This document shows positions 17,551 through 26,696 of a stretch of 64,000 nucleotides of DNA, piece by piece. The notes beneath the pieces are model-generated. The model saw only the letters and a program-made list of their open reading frames with translations, ran no database searches and had not been told where the DNA came from. Position numbers and translations under genes: made by a program. The DNA lies in the NCBI GenBank assembly GCA_022563395.1, contig JADFNM010000001.1, forward strand, positions 590,342-654,341. The letters are read 5' to 3'. Positions within the stretch are counted from its first letter, which is position 1. Every line of letters starts with the position of its first letter. Origin of the DNA: Patescibacteria group bacterium (lineage in GTDB: Bacteria > Patescibacteriota > Minisyncoccia > Minisyncoccales > UBA10102).

Positions 17551-18299
17551 TCAGCGTTATCATCCCCACCTTAAATGAGGAAGAGTATCTTCCTATCGTG
17601 CTGCGTTCTGTCAGAAGGCAGGGGATTAAAGATCTTGAAATTATTGTTGCAGATGCCAGCTCAAAAGATAGAACGGTGAAGATTGCAAAATCTTTTGGGT
17701 GTAAGGTCACGAAAGGAGGCATGCCGGGAAAAGGACGAAACGAAGGGACAAAGGTTGCAAAGGGAGACATTCTTGTGTTCTTGGATGCTGACGCCAATCT
17801 TCCCCCAAACTTTTTGAAAAAGTTCTTAAAAGAGTTTGAGCGGCGTCGTTTAGACGTTGCAGGGTGTGTAATGAAACTTCCTGGCAAGAAAAAGATTTAT
17901 CGTGTTTTTGAAAAACTCTACAAACTCTATTTTAAAAACACCGAGAAGTTTTACCCCCATGCGACCAACTGTATTGTGGTGAAAAAGTGGCTTCATGAAG
18001 AGGTAGGAGGTTTTGATGAAACTGTGAAGCTTGGGGAGGATTTCAAATACATTCAGGCGGCGTCAAAGAAAGGAAAGTTTGGATTTTTAGCCAACGTTTG
18101 GTTCTACAGTTCCCCGCGCCGCGCAGAAGAAGATATGACAAAGATTATTACCCAATACTTTTTGGCCGAGGCATATATGACCTTTATTGGCCCCATCCGG
18201 ACGGACATATTTAAATATCGTTTTAACCATCTTCCCAAGGGATGGAAAAGCAAATCGCCTCAACGGCGGTCCGCCGACGAGGCGGTAAAGAAACCATGA
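17547..18299 (+). CDS. Family 2 glycosyltransferase
   Basis: 250 aa. Has ISVIIPTLNEEEYL, the D-A-D motif (VFLDADA) and GGFDE. Overlaps its neighbours by 4 nt on both sides. Confidence 0.85.
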   Translation: MISVIIPTLNEEEYLPIVLRSVRRQGIKDLEIIVADASSKDRTVKIAKSFGCKVTKGGMPGKGRNEGTKVAKGDILVFLDADANLPPNFLKKFLKEFERRRLDVAGCVMKLPGKKKIYRVFEKLYKLYFKNTEKFYPHATNCIVVKKWLHEEVGGFDETVKLGEDFKYIQAASKKGKFGFLANVWFYSSPRRAEEDMTKIITQYFLAEAYMTFIGPIRTDIFKYRFNHLPKGWKSKSPQRRSADEAVKKP

Positions 18300-19477
18300 G
18301 GAAAAAGCTCGTCTATCTAGATTACGCAGCTTCCACGCCTGTAGACCAAAAGGTGCAAAGAGCAATGACGCCTTTTTTACGTTCTGAGTTTGGCAATCCT
18401 TCTTCTGTACACCAGCTGGGACAACGCTCTAGAGTTGCAGTGGAGACCGCAAGAGAGCGGATTGCCACATTTCTTGGTTGTTCTGCAAACGAGGTTGTGT
18501 TTACCTCGGGGGCTACGGAGGCAAACAACCTTGCAATTCAAGGAATTGTTGCAAGGGAGTCTCCCTTGCAAAGACCACATGTTGTTACCTCGGCAATTGA
18601 GCATGAGTCAGTATTGGCCCCTATTCAAGCGTTAGAGAAAGAAGGCACGATTGAAGCCACCTACGTTAAGGTTGGCAAAGAGGGAATTGTAAACCCTCAA
18701 GACGTAGAAAAGGCAATACAAAAGAACACTATTCTCGTATCCATTCAATATGCAAATAGTGAGGTTGGTACCATCCAGCCCATACCTCACATTGCAAAGA
18801 TAATCAAGAAATACAAAATACAAGATACAAAATACCAGATACTATTTCACACAGATGCCGTGCAGGCAGCGTTGTATCTTGACTGCAGCGTGGAGAAGCT
18901 CGGGGTTGATATGCTTACCTTAAGTTCTCATAAGATATACGGGCCAAAAGGAGTTGGTGTCTTATATATAAGGAAAGGGATTTCAATTCACCCCCTGTTC
19001 TTTGGTGGAGGGCAAGAACAAGACATTAGGTCCGGCACAGAGAATGTTGGAGGCATTGTTGGCATGGGAGAGGCGATACGAGAAATCCAAAATCCAAAAT
19101 CCAGAGTCCAAAACATTAGGATACGGCAGTTAAGAGACAGACTCATGAAAATTATCCCACAAAGAATCTCTGGCGCAAAACTAACGGGTTCTTTATTGCA
19201 AAGGCTACCAAACAACGTGCATGTTTTAATTAAGGGAGTTGAAGGAAAGGATGTTGTTTTGCTGCTTGATCAAAAAGGGATTGCGGTTTCCACTGGTTCG
19301 GCATGCTCGGAAAGGTCTCAAGAACCCTCGCACGCGCTCTTGAGTATGGGGTATGAACAAGCAGAAGCCCGCTCTGCTTTGCGCATAACCTTGGGAAAGC
19401 ATACAAAAAAAGAAGAGATAGAGAAAACCGTGAAGATTCTGGAAAAGACGGTTGAACAACTCAGGGCAAAGAAGTAA
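18296..19477 (+). CDS. Cysteine desulfurase (NifS/IscS class V aminotransferase)
   Basis: The ATG at 18296 (MRKKLVYLDYAASTP) overlaps the preceding stop (ATGA). Has SSHKIYGPKGVG (PLP-Lys) and SGTENV.GI...GSACS motifs. Confidence 0.9.
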   Translation: MRKKLVYLDYAASTPVDQKVQRAMTPFLRSEFGNPSSVHQLGQRSRVAVETARERIATFLGCSANEVVFTSGATEANNLAIQGIVARESPLQRPHVVTSAIEHESVLAPIQALEKEGTIEATYVKVGKEGIVNPQDVEKAIQKNTILVSIQYANSEVGTIQPIPHIAKIIKKYKIQDTKYQILFHTDAVQAALYLDCSVEKLGVDMLTLSSHKIYGPKGVGVLYIRKGISIHPLFFGGGQEQDIRSGTENVGGIVGMGEAIREIQNPKSRVQNIRIRQLRDRLMKIIPQRISGAKLTGSLLQRLPNNVHVLIKGVEGKDVVLLLDQKGIAVSTGSACSERSQEPSHALLSMGYEQAEARSALRITLGKHTKKEEIEKTVKILEKTVEQLRAKK

Positions 19478-19492
19478 AGTAGAGGATACGAT

Positions 19493-20821
19493 ATGGAGAA
19501 CACTAGAAGGCCTCAGATGAATCCACTGCAAAAACTCATAAAGAAACTAGGGCACCGTGAGCTGATTTCTCTTTTGATTTTGGTGGTTGCGGTTTCCTCG
19601 TTGTCTGGTTTTGCGGGAGGAGCTGTAGTTGGGGGAGTTTTATATCAACAGGTTGCCTCTTTGCTTAAACAGGTTGAATTTGAGTTGCCAGACCGCATCA
19701 TACAAGAGACGGTGGTAGAAAAAGAGTATATCCCCCAGACTTCGCAAGAGCAAAAAATTATTGACGTGGTAAAGAATGTTTCTCCTGCCGTGGTAAGCAT
19801 CATTATTACCAAGGATGTTCCGGTCATTGAACAGTTCTTTGTTGACCCTTTTGGAGATTTCTTTGGGGGGCACAGCCCATTTGAGTTTCAGGTTCCGCAA
19901 TTCCGCCAGCAGGGAACTGAAAAACGCGAGGTGGGAGGAGGATCGGGATTTATTGTTTCGCAGGATGGGTTCGTCATTACCAACAAGCACGTGGTGTTAG
20001 ATGAGGAGGCAGATTACACGGTTTTTACAACAGATGGACGCTCTTTTCCTGCTCGCGTTCTGGCAAAAGATCCTTTGCAGGACCTTGCGGTCTTGAAAAT
20101 TGACCAAGAAAACATTATTGACGCTCAGGGCAACTTTACCGCAAAGCCTTTTCCTGCGGTAGTCTTGGGAGATTCTGCAAACCTTAAAATAGGCCAGACC
20201 GTCATTGCCATTGGAAACGCATTAGCTGAGTTTCGCAACACGGTTTCCGTAGGAGTTATTTCTGGGCTTGGGCGCACCATTACAGCTTCCGGGGGAAACT
20301 TTGTTGAAACCATAGAGGATGTCATACAAACCGATGCCGCCATTAACCGGGGCAACTCAGGAGGCCCCTTGCTTAACCTGGCAGGTCAAGTTATTGGTAT
20401 TAACACCGCAACCGTGCTAGACGCGCAAAACATCGGTTTTGCAATTCCTGTAAACAGGGCAACGCGTGATATTGAGCAGGTAAGGACACTTGGCAAAATA
20501 GTGTACCCCTTTTTGGGAGTACGCTATGTTGTAATAACAGAGGCAATAGCGCGCAAAGAAAATCTGCCGGTCACGCACGGGGCATGGATTAGGCCCGGCC
20601 CCAGTGGGGAAGCTGCTGTTACCCCAGGGTCAGCTGCAGAGGAGGCAGGGATTCTTTCTCAAGACATTCTCTTGGAAATGAACGGGGAGCGCATCACGCA
20701 AGAGAATTCTTTGGCAAAGATTATCCAGCAGTACAACCCCGGAGACCAGGTTGTGCTTAAGGTGCTGCGCTCGGGGCAAGAACGCATTCTCAATGCCACC
20801 TTGGGCGAACGCTCAGAATAG
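19493..20821 (+). CDS. htrA: HtrA/DegP-family serine protease with PDZ domain
   Basis: 442 aa with an N-terminal TM helix. The catalytic triad context is ITNKHVV / DLAVLKI / GNSGGPLLN. Has a C-terminal PDZ-like region. Confidence 0.9.
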   Translation: MENTRRPQMNPLQKLIKKLGHRELISLLILVVAVSSLSGFAGGAVVGGVLYQQVASLLKQVEFELPDRIIQETVVEKEYIPQTSQEQKIIDVVKNVSPAVVSIIITKDVPVIEQFFVDPFGDFFGGHSPFEFQVPQFRQQGTEKREVGGGSGFIVSQDGFVITNKHVVLDEEADYTVFTTDGRSFPARVLAKDPLQDLAVLKIDQENIIDAQGNFTAKPFPAVVLGDSANLKIGQTVIAIGNALAEFRNTVSVGVISGLGRTITASGGNFVETIEDVIQTDAAINRGNSGGPLLNLAGQVIGINTATVLDAQNIGFAIPVNRATRDIEQVRTLGKIVYPFLGVRYVVITEAIARKENLPVTHGAWIRPGPSGEAAVTPGSAAEEAGILSQDILLEMNGERITQENSLAKIIQQYNPGDQVVLKVLRSGQERILNATLGERSE

Positions 20822-20827
20822 CTTGCC

Positions 20828-20892
20828 CCCACACTAATCGTGTTGTGTGCTGTGCACAAATCCAGCAAATGCTGCGACACAATTAGTGTGGG
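20828..20892. promoter_or_regulatory. Long inverted repeat between htrA and clpB (terminator or heat-shock operator candidate)
   Basis: Arms CCCACACTAATCGTGTTG (20828-45) and CGACACAATTAGTGTGGG (20875-92) form an 18-bp stem with one mismatch and one G-U. It is followed by T6 and TGgTATGAA, 11 nt before the clpB ATG. Confidence 0.45.
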
Positions 20893-20935
20893 AGCTTGCG
20901 CCGCCCCCTTTTTTGTGGTATGAAGAACCCATCCT

Positions 20936-23644
20936 ATGAACTCAGGCAATTTTACCCATAAGGCGCAAGAAGCCTTGTTTCAAGCGCAAAATCTCGCCCA
21001 AGAGCGCAGCCAACAGCAGGTTGATGCTTTGCATTTGCTGTTTTCTCTGCTTTCGCAAGATGAAAGCGTGGTGTTAACACTGCTGCAAAAGATTGGGGCA
21101 GATGTTGACGGTTTAAAACGCAAGGCAGAAACGGCCTTAGAACGGCTCCCTGTGGTAACAACCGTAAACCCCCTTGGCCAGTTTTACCTTACCCAGGATT
21201 TAGCAAAGGTGCTGGAACGGGCTCGCCAAGATGCCTCAAAGATGGGAGACGAGTATGTTTCTGTAGAACATTTGTTTTTGGCATTGCTAGACACGGATTC
21301 AAAAGCAAAAGAAACCTTGGAGCGCACCAGCTTTCTCAAACCCAGTATTGGAGGACCAGAAACAGTAGAGTTTGGCCGCTTAAATTATGAAACGGCCTTA
21401 AAGATTTTAGCCCAGATTCGGGGGGGAGTTCGCATTACAGACCCTACTCCAGAGAGCAAGTACCAGGTGATAGAAAAGTATGCCAGAAACCTCACTCGTT
21501 TAGCCCGTCAGGGCAAACTTGATCCTGTTATTGGCAGGGAACAGGAAATCCGAAGATTAATGCAAGTGTTGTCACGCAGAACAAAGAACAACCCAGTGCT
21601 CATTGGAGAGGCTGGCGTTGGGAAAACAGCCGTTGTGGAAGGCCTGGCGCAAAAGATTGTAAGAGGGGACATTCCAGAATCGCTGAAAGAAAGGGAAATC
21701 ATCGCCTTGGATATTGGGGCTTTGGTGGCAGGAACCAAGTACCGGGGCGAGTTTGAAGACCGAATTAAAGCTTTGTTAAAAGAAATTGAGAGAGCAGCGG
21801 GGAAATATCTTTTGTTTATTGATGAGCTTCACACCTTGGTGGGAGCTGGGGCAGCCGAGGGAGCAATTGATGCTTCCAACCTGTTAAAGCCGGCTTTGGC
21901 ACGGGGAGAATTGAGGGCAATTGGAGCCACCACGTTAAAAGAATATCAAAGATACATTGAAAAAGACCCTGCTTTAGAACGAAGGTTTCAGCCTATCTTG
22001 GTGGTAGAACCCAACATTGAAGATGCCATTTCAATCTTGCGGGGCATTAAAGAAAAGTATGAGCTGCACCACGGGGTGAAGATTAAGGATTCGGCCTTGG
22101 TGTCTGCTGCAAACCTGGCAGCCAGATACATTTCAGACAGGTTCTTACCAGACAAGGCAGTGGACTTAATGGATGAGGCAATGAGCTCTTTGCGTTTGGA
22201 AATGGAATCTGAGCCCGCAGAGCTTGATTCTTTAAAACGGCAGATTCAAAAACTTGAGATTGAACAGGAAGCATTTAAGGCAGAGGGAGTCCAAGAAAAA
22301 AAGGTAAAGGCCAATGCCAGGGCCTTGGCTGATTTTAAGGAAAAGGCAAAGGCAATTGAGTCAAAGTGGAGGTCAGAAAAAGAGGTTATCGACGCCATAA
22401 AAGACATTAAAAAGGACTTGGAAGATGCAAGGTTTAGGGTAGAAAGGGAACAGACAGCAGGAAACTCACAAAAGGCAGCTGAGATAAAGTATGCAACAAT
22501 CCCGGATTTGATGAAGCGCCTTAGCGGAGAAGAAAAAAAGCTGGCACGGTTTCAAAAGACCAACCCCCTGCTCAAAGAAGAGGTGGTGGAAGAAGACGTT
22601 GCCAGGGTGGTTTCAAGTTGGACCGGCATTCCCGTTATGCGTTTGATGGAAGAGGAGGCAAAGAAACTGGAAAAGATGGAAAACGTGTTAAAGCGCAGAA
22701 TTATCGGGCAAGAAGAGGCGGTTGTCGCCATTTCAAATGCGATTAGAAGAAACAGGGCAGGATTATCTGAAGAAAACAGACCCTTGGGTTCTTTCCTGTT
22801 TTTGGGTCCTACGGGAGTAGGCAAGACCGAGACCGCAAAGGCATTGGCTGAGTTTTTGTTTAATGATGAGAATGCTTTGGTTCGTCTGGATATGTCAGAG
22901 TACATGGAGCGCCACACCACCTCACGCATGATTGGTTCTCCTCCGGGGTATGTGGGATATGAGGAAGGAGGTCAGTTAACTGAGAAAATCAGAAGACGAC
23001 CTTACAGCGTCATCTTGTTTGACGAGATTGAGAAGGCTCATCCCGAGGTATTCAACGTGCTCCTGCAGATAATGGAAGATGGCCGTCTCACCGATGCCAA
23101 AGGCAGGACTGCCTCTTTCAAAAACGCTATTATTATTATGACCTCAAACGTTGGCTCCCAGCACATAGCTGAAATGTCTCCCCTGGGCTTTATGGGAGAC
23201 AACCTTCAAGAAAAAAAGAGCGCAGTTAAAGACAAGGTTATGGAAGCCCTCAAAGAAGAGTTTCGGCCCGAGTTTTTGAACCGCATTGACGAGATTATCA
23301 TCTTTAACTACTTAACAAAGCCAGAAATCAAAAAGATTGTGGAGTTGGAATTAACTAAAGTTGCCTCGCGCATCTCTCTTAAAGGAATTACAATGGATGT
23401 CACAGAAAAGGCAAAAGAACTTTTGGCAGAGCTGGGGTTTAACCCTTCTTTGGGCGCCCGGCCTTTAAAGAGAATCATTCAGCGTAAGGTGTTGGATCCT
23501 CTATCTTTAAGAATTGTGGCAGGAGAGATACAGCCAGGGAGCAGAGTTCGGGTGGATGCAGAAAACAAAGAGATTGTATTGCTTTCGTCTATGGATTCTT
23601 TAAAAACCTCTCCAAAGGGAAAGTTCGCAAAAACAGCACGGTAA
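20936..23644 (+). CDS. clpB: ATP-dependent chaperone ClpB
   Basis: 902 aa. Has a Clp_N repeat, two AAA+ modules (GEAGVGKTA; GPTGVGKTE) and a long coiled-coil middle domain between them. Confidence 0.95.
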   Translation: MNSGNFTHKAQEALFQAQNLAQERSQQQVDALHLLFSLLSQDESVVLTLLQKIGADVDGLKRKAETALERLPVVTTVNPLGQFYLTQDLAKVLERARQDASKMGDEYVSVEHLFLALLDTDSKAKETLERTSFLKPSIGGPETVEFGRLNYETALKILAQIRGGVRITDPTPESKYQVIEKYARNLTRLARQGKLDPVIGREQEIRRLMQVLSRRTKNNPVLIGEAGVGKTAVVEGLAQKIVRGDIPESLKEREIIALDIGALVAGTKYRGEFEDRIKALLKEIERAAGKYLLFIDELHTLVGAGAAEGAIDASNLLKPALARGELRAIGATTLKEYQRYIEKDPALERRFQPILVVEPNIEDAISILRGIKEKYELHHGVKIKDSALVSAANLAARYISDRFLPDKAVDLMDEAMSSLRLEMESEPAELDSLKRQIQKLEIEQEAFKAEGVQEKKVKANARALADFKEKAKAIESKWRSEKEVIDAIKDIKKDLEDARFRVEREQTAGNSQKAAEIKYATIPDLMKRLSGEEKKLARFQKTNPLLKEEVVEEDVARVVSSWTGIPVMRLMEEEAKKLEKMENVLKRRIIGQEEAVVAISNAIRRNRAGLSEENRPLGSFLFLGPTGVGKTETAKALAEFLFNDENALVRLDMSEYMERHTTSRMIGSPPGYVGYEEGGQLTEKIRRRPYSVILFDEIEKAHPEVFNVLLQIMEDGRLTDAKGRTASFKNAIIIMTSNVGSQHIAEMSPLGFMGDNLQEKKSAVKDKVMEALKEEFRPEFLNRIDEIIIFNYLTKPEIKKIVELELTKVASRISLKGITMDVTEKAKELLAELGFNPSLGARPLKRIIQRKVLDPLSLRIVAGEIQPGSRVRVDAENKEIVLLSSMDSLKTSPKGKFAKTAR

Positions 23645-24364
23645 ATGCCAAAGCGTATTCTTTTACTCTTGCTTCTGTTTTTGGCGGGAGCCGTTGGAGG
23701 ACTCTGGTCCCAGGCCTTTTTGTTGCCCTCATTGGCAGCAAACCCTGCTTTTCAGAATTGGCAGTTTCTCAAAGACTGGAACGCAAGAACCCAGGTAATA
23801 GCCCCGGTAGAGCAGATTTTTGTGCGTGAGAACGAGGCAGTACAGCGAACCATTCAACAGATAAAAGGTACTGTGGTTGCCTTAAAGAGTGCCGGCGCCA
23901 GACAGGGCTCAGGTCTTGTGTATACCTCAGACGGTTTAATTGTTACCCTCTCTTCTTTAGTTCCGGATGGTTGGAAGGTTACGGTGTATCCTGAAGGGCA
24001 AGATTCCTTGCCAGCAAAGATTCTTAAGCGAGACGTTGCAAGCAACCTTGTGTTATTGAAAATAGAAGATGCAGGGCTTAAAACAGCTGGCTTTGTTAAA
24101 AATGGGGGAGTTGAGCTTGGAGAACGAGTGGTGTTGTTGGCAAAGATTGTTGAGGCGGACGAGAGTACTTTGACTGTGAACGTAGGGGTTGTAAAGAAAA
24201 TAGAAGAGGATTCTTTGGTAACTTCAATTGTAGAACAGGAGAATGTTGACGGAGCCCCTTTGTTTAACGTAGAAGGCAGGGTAGTAGGGCTTGCAGATGC
24301 CGACCTTCAGGGCAATATCTTTGTCATTCCATCCTTAGTTTTAAGGGAATTCCTCGGCCTCTAA
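23645..24364 (+). CDS. Membrane-anchored trypsin/HtrA-like protein lacking the catalytic triad
   Basis: 239 aa. Has an S1C-like fold signature (GSGLVYTSDGLIVT, NLVLLKI, GRVVGLA). The His position has no His, Asp is replaced by Asn (SNLVLLK) and Ser by Ala (VDGAPLF). Confidence 0.65.
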   Translation: MPKRILLLLLLFLAGAVGGLWSQAFLLPSLAANPAFQNWQFLKDWNARTQVIAPVEQIFVRENEAVQRTIQQIKGTVVALKSAGARQGSGLVYTSDGLIVTLSSLVPDGWKVTVYPEGQDSLPAKILKRDVASNLVLLKIEDAGLKTAGFVKNGGVELGERVVLLAKIVEADESTLTVNVGVVKKIEEDSLVTSIVEQENVDGAPLFNVEGRVVGLADADLQGNIFVIPSLVLREFLGL

Positions 24365-24384
24365 TTCTTATTAATTAATACATC

Positions 24385-24424
24385 CTAAACGAGATTTAAG
24401 CAGCACTGCTTAAATCTCGTTTAG
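24385..24424. repeat. P-family palindrome (copy at the left edge of the accessory region)
   Basis: CTAAACGAGATTTAAGCAGCACTGCTTAAATCTCGTTTAG, followed by TTATCCACAGGTTTT..CAGCTCTTTT. About 72 bp is repeated directly at 33165-33236. Confidence 0.85.
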
Positions 24425-24499
24425 TTATCCACAGGTTTTTCTCAACAGCTCTTTTTTAAATCATCTCGCAATCTGTAGACTAGAAAATTAAGATAGTCA

Positions 24500-24564
24500 G
24501 TTCGAATTCTACCCGCGGAGCTCGTAAAGTTGAACCAAAGAATCGCCAAGAAGGCGGTTTTTTG
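24500..24564 (+). repeat. Junction repeat J0 (right-half unit with hairpin and T-tract)
   Basis: GTTCGAATTCTACCCGCGGAGCTCGTAAAGTTGAACCAAAGAATCGCCaagaaGGCGGTTTTTTG. Confidence 0.8.
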
Positions 24565-24626
24565 TTAGACTTAAAATAGAATGAAAAGTCGAATATAATA
24601 GTTATTAAAATAACCAAAAAAATATT

Positions 24627-25052
24627 ATGAAAACTCTCATTGAGAAGGGGATCGTCTTCTTCGGCGCTCTCACGGTGTTCCTGCTGCTTCTTCACGCCAC
24701 GGACGAGATTGCGCGCGGCGCGGCCGCCCAGCAATACGCGATCGTCGGAGCCGGAGTGGCCGTCCTATTCTTCATCCTGCTGATGATCCTTTACGTCTTC
24801 GGCATCGGATGGGCCTGGAAGCAACGTAGGCTGGGCTACGGGATCGTCCTCGTGGCGTCCGCCGCCGCCTTCTTGCGGACCTTCGCCGTGATCCTCGGCT
24901 TGGGCAACCCGGATCTGGAGGCCCTCTTCGCTGCCTACGCCAGCGAGGCCGTAGGCGTCTTCTTCGTCTTCGTCTACCTGGCCATTGCCCTGACGAGCCT
25001 GATGGCTCTCTTCCTCTCCATCTACGCACTGGTTATCCGGAAGCGGGAATAA
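24627..25052 (+). CDS. Cassette 1: small 4-TM membrane protein, GC-rich
   Basis: 141 aa with four hydrophobic helices. In a hand count, one 60-nt line (24661-24720) has 40 G+C, far above its neighbours. Confidence 0.65.
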   Translation: MKTLIEKGIVFFGALTVFLLLLHATDEIARGAAAQQYAIVGAGVAVLFFILLMILYVFGIGWAWKQRRLGYGIVLVASAAAFLRTFAVILGLGNPDLEALFAAYASEAVGVFFVFVYLAIALTSLMALFLSIYALVIRKRE

Positions 25053-25231
25053 GGTTCGCAGGCCGAGGCAAAGCTGTTTACTGAACCAGTAGAAGTCCTC
25101 GTCGAAGTCAGGACTCTGGAGAATTACTGAGAAGTTACTATCGACCCCTGACTTTTTCGTATGGTTGAATTTCCGAACGCCTTCGCAAGCATTAACCGCA
25201 TGGTTCGCCCAGCGGCCTTTATCTTTGCACC

Positions 25232-25308
25232 AAACAGGTTCTAACGTCGTCCAGTAGGGGGAGCTCGTAAAGTTGAATCAAAGAATCGTCAAACAGGCGG
25301 TTTTTTGG
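25232..25308 (+). repeat. Junction repeat J1 (full short form)
   Basis: AAACAGGTTCTAACGTCGTCCAGTAGGGGGAGCTCGTAAAGTTGAATCAAAGAATCGTCaaacaGGCGGTTTTTTGG. Confidence 0.85.
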
Positions 25309-25321
25309 TAGAGTAGGAGAC

Positions 25322-26455
25322 ATGAAATACCTTCTATTCGCACTCATTGGAATTGTTGTTCTGGCAGGTGGGTTTTTCTTTTTCCATTTTCAAGGAAACC
25401 CTGGAGAAGAGGAACCCTTATTTCCTCAAAAGGAGGAGTCAATGCCTGGAGAAAGCATTGAAACTGGGGCATCAAAAAAGGAAGTCTTGGAACAAGAGGA
25501 ATCTTCTGCGTCAGAATCAGCCCCTGCAATTTCTCAAGTTGAAGAAGCAACTGAAGAGGTCGTACAAAAAGATTTTAGGATGGCCTTTGTGCTTTTAATT
25601 CGTAGTTCTTCTGATGCAACGCCAGGAAGAATAAATAAAATTAATGAAATCAAAAATGCCTTTCCGAATTCTTTCAAAACGGCAACAAGAAATTTAGCAA
25701 CGATGGATACATCTTCAGACATTGTAATAATGACTGTAGACTCGGGTCCTGACATTACTTCATTTCTATTTGATTGGGGTAAATATCCACAAAAGTTTTA
25801 TGAAGATCACGAAGACAACTTTGACTTTATAAGTTTCTATACAGCATTCGAAGATCAACAATCTCAAGCTCATTTACCAGTAAGCAATGCCATAAAGGGT
25901 ATTGGAAATGTTAACTTAATGAATTCAGCAAGAGGATATGGTTCAGGGGGTAGGCTAAAAGGATTAAATTTTATGGGTGATATTACAATATTCGAAAGAT
26001 TGCAGCTTTTAACTATAGAATCTGCATTAAATGCTTTAAAACATGAAACAGGTCATCAGTGGTGTTGCTATATAATGGACAGTAGAGAAGAAAATGGCAA
26101 TGTGCCATTAATACAGGAGTATGTTCACTGGAACTTCTTTTTGGACTTAAAAAGTATCAATGATGGCTATATTGATCCATTAGGGGGAACTGATTGGATT
26201 GAAGTAGAGAAAAATAAATTCAAAGTATCAGATCGGTTAAGATATATAGAAGCTCGGTATTCACCGCTTACCTTGTACTTAATGGGACTTTTGTCAGCAG
26301 AAGATGTGCCACCAATACCATTAATAAGACCCTTTGATTCAGTTATAGAAAAATCAACCTATCCTCCTAATGAAGTTGATGGGATTAAAGAATTTGTTTC
26401 CATGGAAGACATAATTGCAAGAGAAGGAAAGTGGAGATGTTGTTTTAGTCCTTAA
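25322..26455 (+). CDS. Cassette 2: membrane-anchored putative zinc metalloprotease (HExxH)
   Basis: 377 aa with an N-terminal TM helix, an acidic linker and LKHETGHQW (HExxH). The gene is AT-rich: one 60-nt line (25621-25680) has 17 G+C. Confidence 0.6.
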   Translation: MKYLLFALIGIVVLAGGFFFFHFQGNPGEEEPLFPQKEESMPGESIETGASKKEVLEQEESSASESAPAISQVEEATEEVVQKDFRMAFVLLIRSSSDATPGRINKINEIKNAFPNSFKTATRNLATMDTSSDIVIMTVDSGPDITSFLFDWGKYPQKFYEDHEDNFDFISFYTAFEDQQSQAHLPVSNAIKGIGNVNLMNSARGYGSGGRLKGLNFMGDITIFERLQLLTIESALNALKHETGHQWCCYIMDSREENGNVPLIQEYVHWNFFLDLKSINDGYIDPLGGTDWIEVEKNKFKVSDRLRYIEARYSPLTLYLMGLLSAEDVPPIPLIRPFDSVIEKSTYPPNEVDGIKEFVSMEDIIAREGKWRCCFSP

Positions 26456-26610
26456 CTTTCAATGTTCTTACGTGAACATATCGAGTAGCAGAAGAGGAGG
26501 GAACATTCTAGGTAGACGATATCATCCGTAGGGGGGGTCTCTTTTGGGGTGTAGGGGGGATCTAAGGAACGAGTTCTGGAGTATGGAGAATCTCCTGGTT
26601 CTCTCTTATC

Positions 26611-26684
26611 CAGGTTCTAACAGCCTCCACGCTCCGGAGCTCGTAAAGTTGAGTCAAAGAATCGCCACGATGGCGGTTTTTTGG
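26611..26684 (+). repeat. Junction repeat J2 (full short form)
   Basis: CAGGTTCTAACAGCCTCCACGCTCCGGAGCTCGTAAAGTTGAGTCAAAGAATCGCCacgatGGCGGTTTTTTGG. Degenerate GTAGGGGGG units lie just upstream at about 26535-26580. Confidence 0.8.
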
Positions 26685-26696
26685 TATACTAAAAAT

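Noticed and set aside
24425-24433. Perfect DnaA-box consensus TTATCCACA (second copy at 33206-33214): replication origin?
   Set aside because: There are only two boxes, and both are part of the same ~72-bp direct repeat. There is no dnaA/dnaN or AT-rich unwinding element nearby, so this is most likely coincidental sequence within the repeat.
24498-24525. GTTCGAAT... resembling a tRNA T-arm at the array edge (tRNA-derived att site?)
   Set aside because: I could not build a T-stem, acceptor stem or any cloverleaf around it. The same segment aligns instead with the second-unit copies of the junction repeat (27405, 29905, 33125).
24772-25029. 85-aa Arg-rich minus-strand ORF
   Set aside because: It is a mirror image of the GC-rich cassette 1 membrane-protein gene. 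Poly-Arg composition is a classic high-GC antisense artefact.
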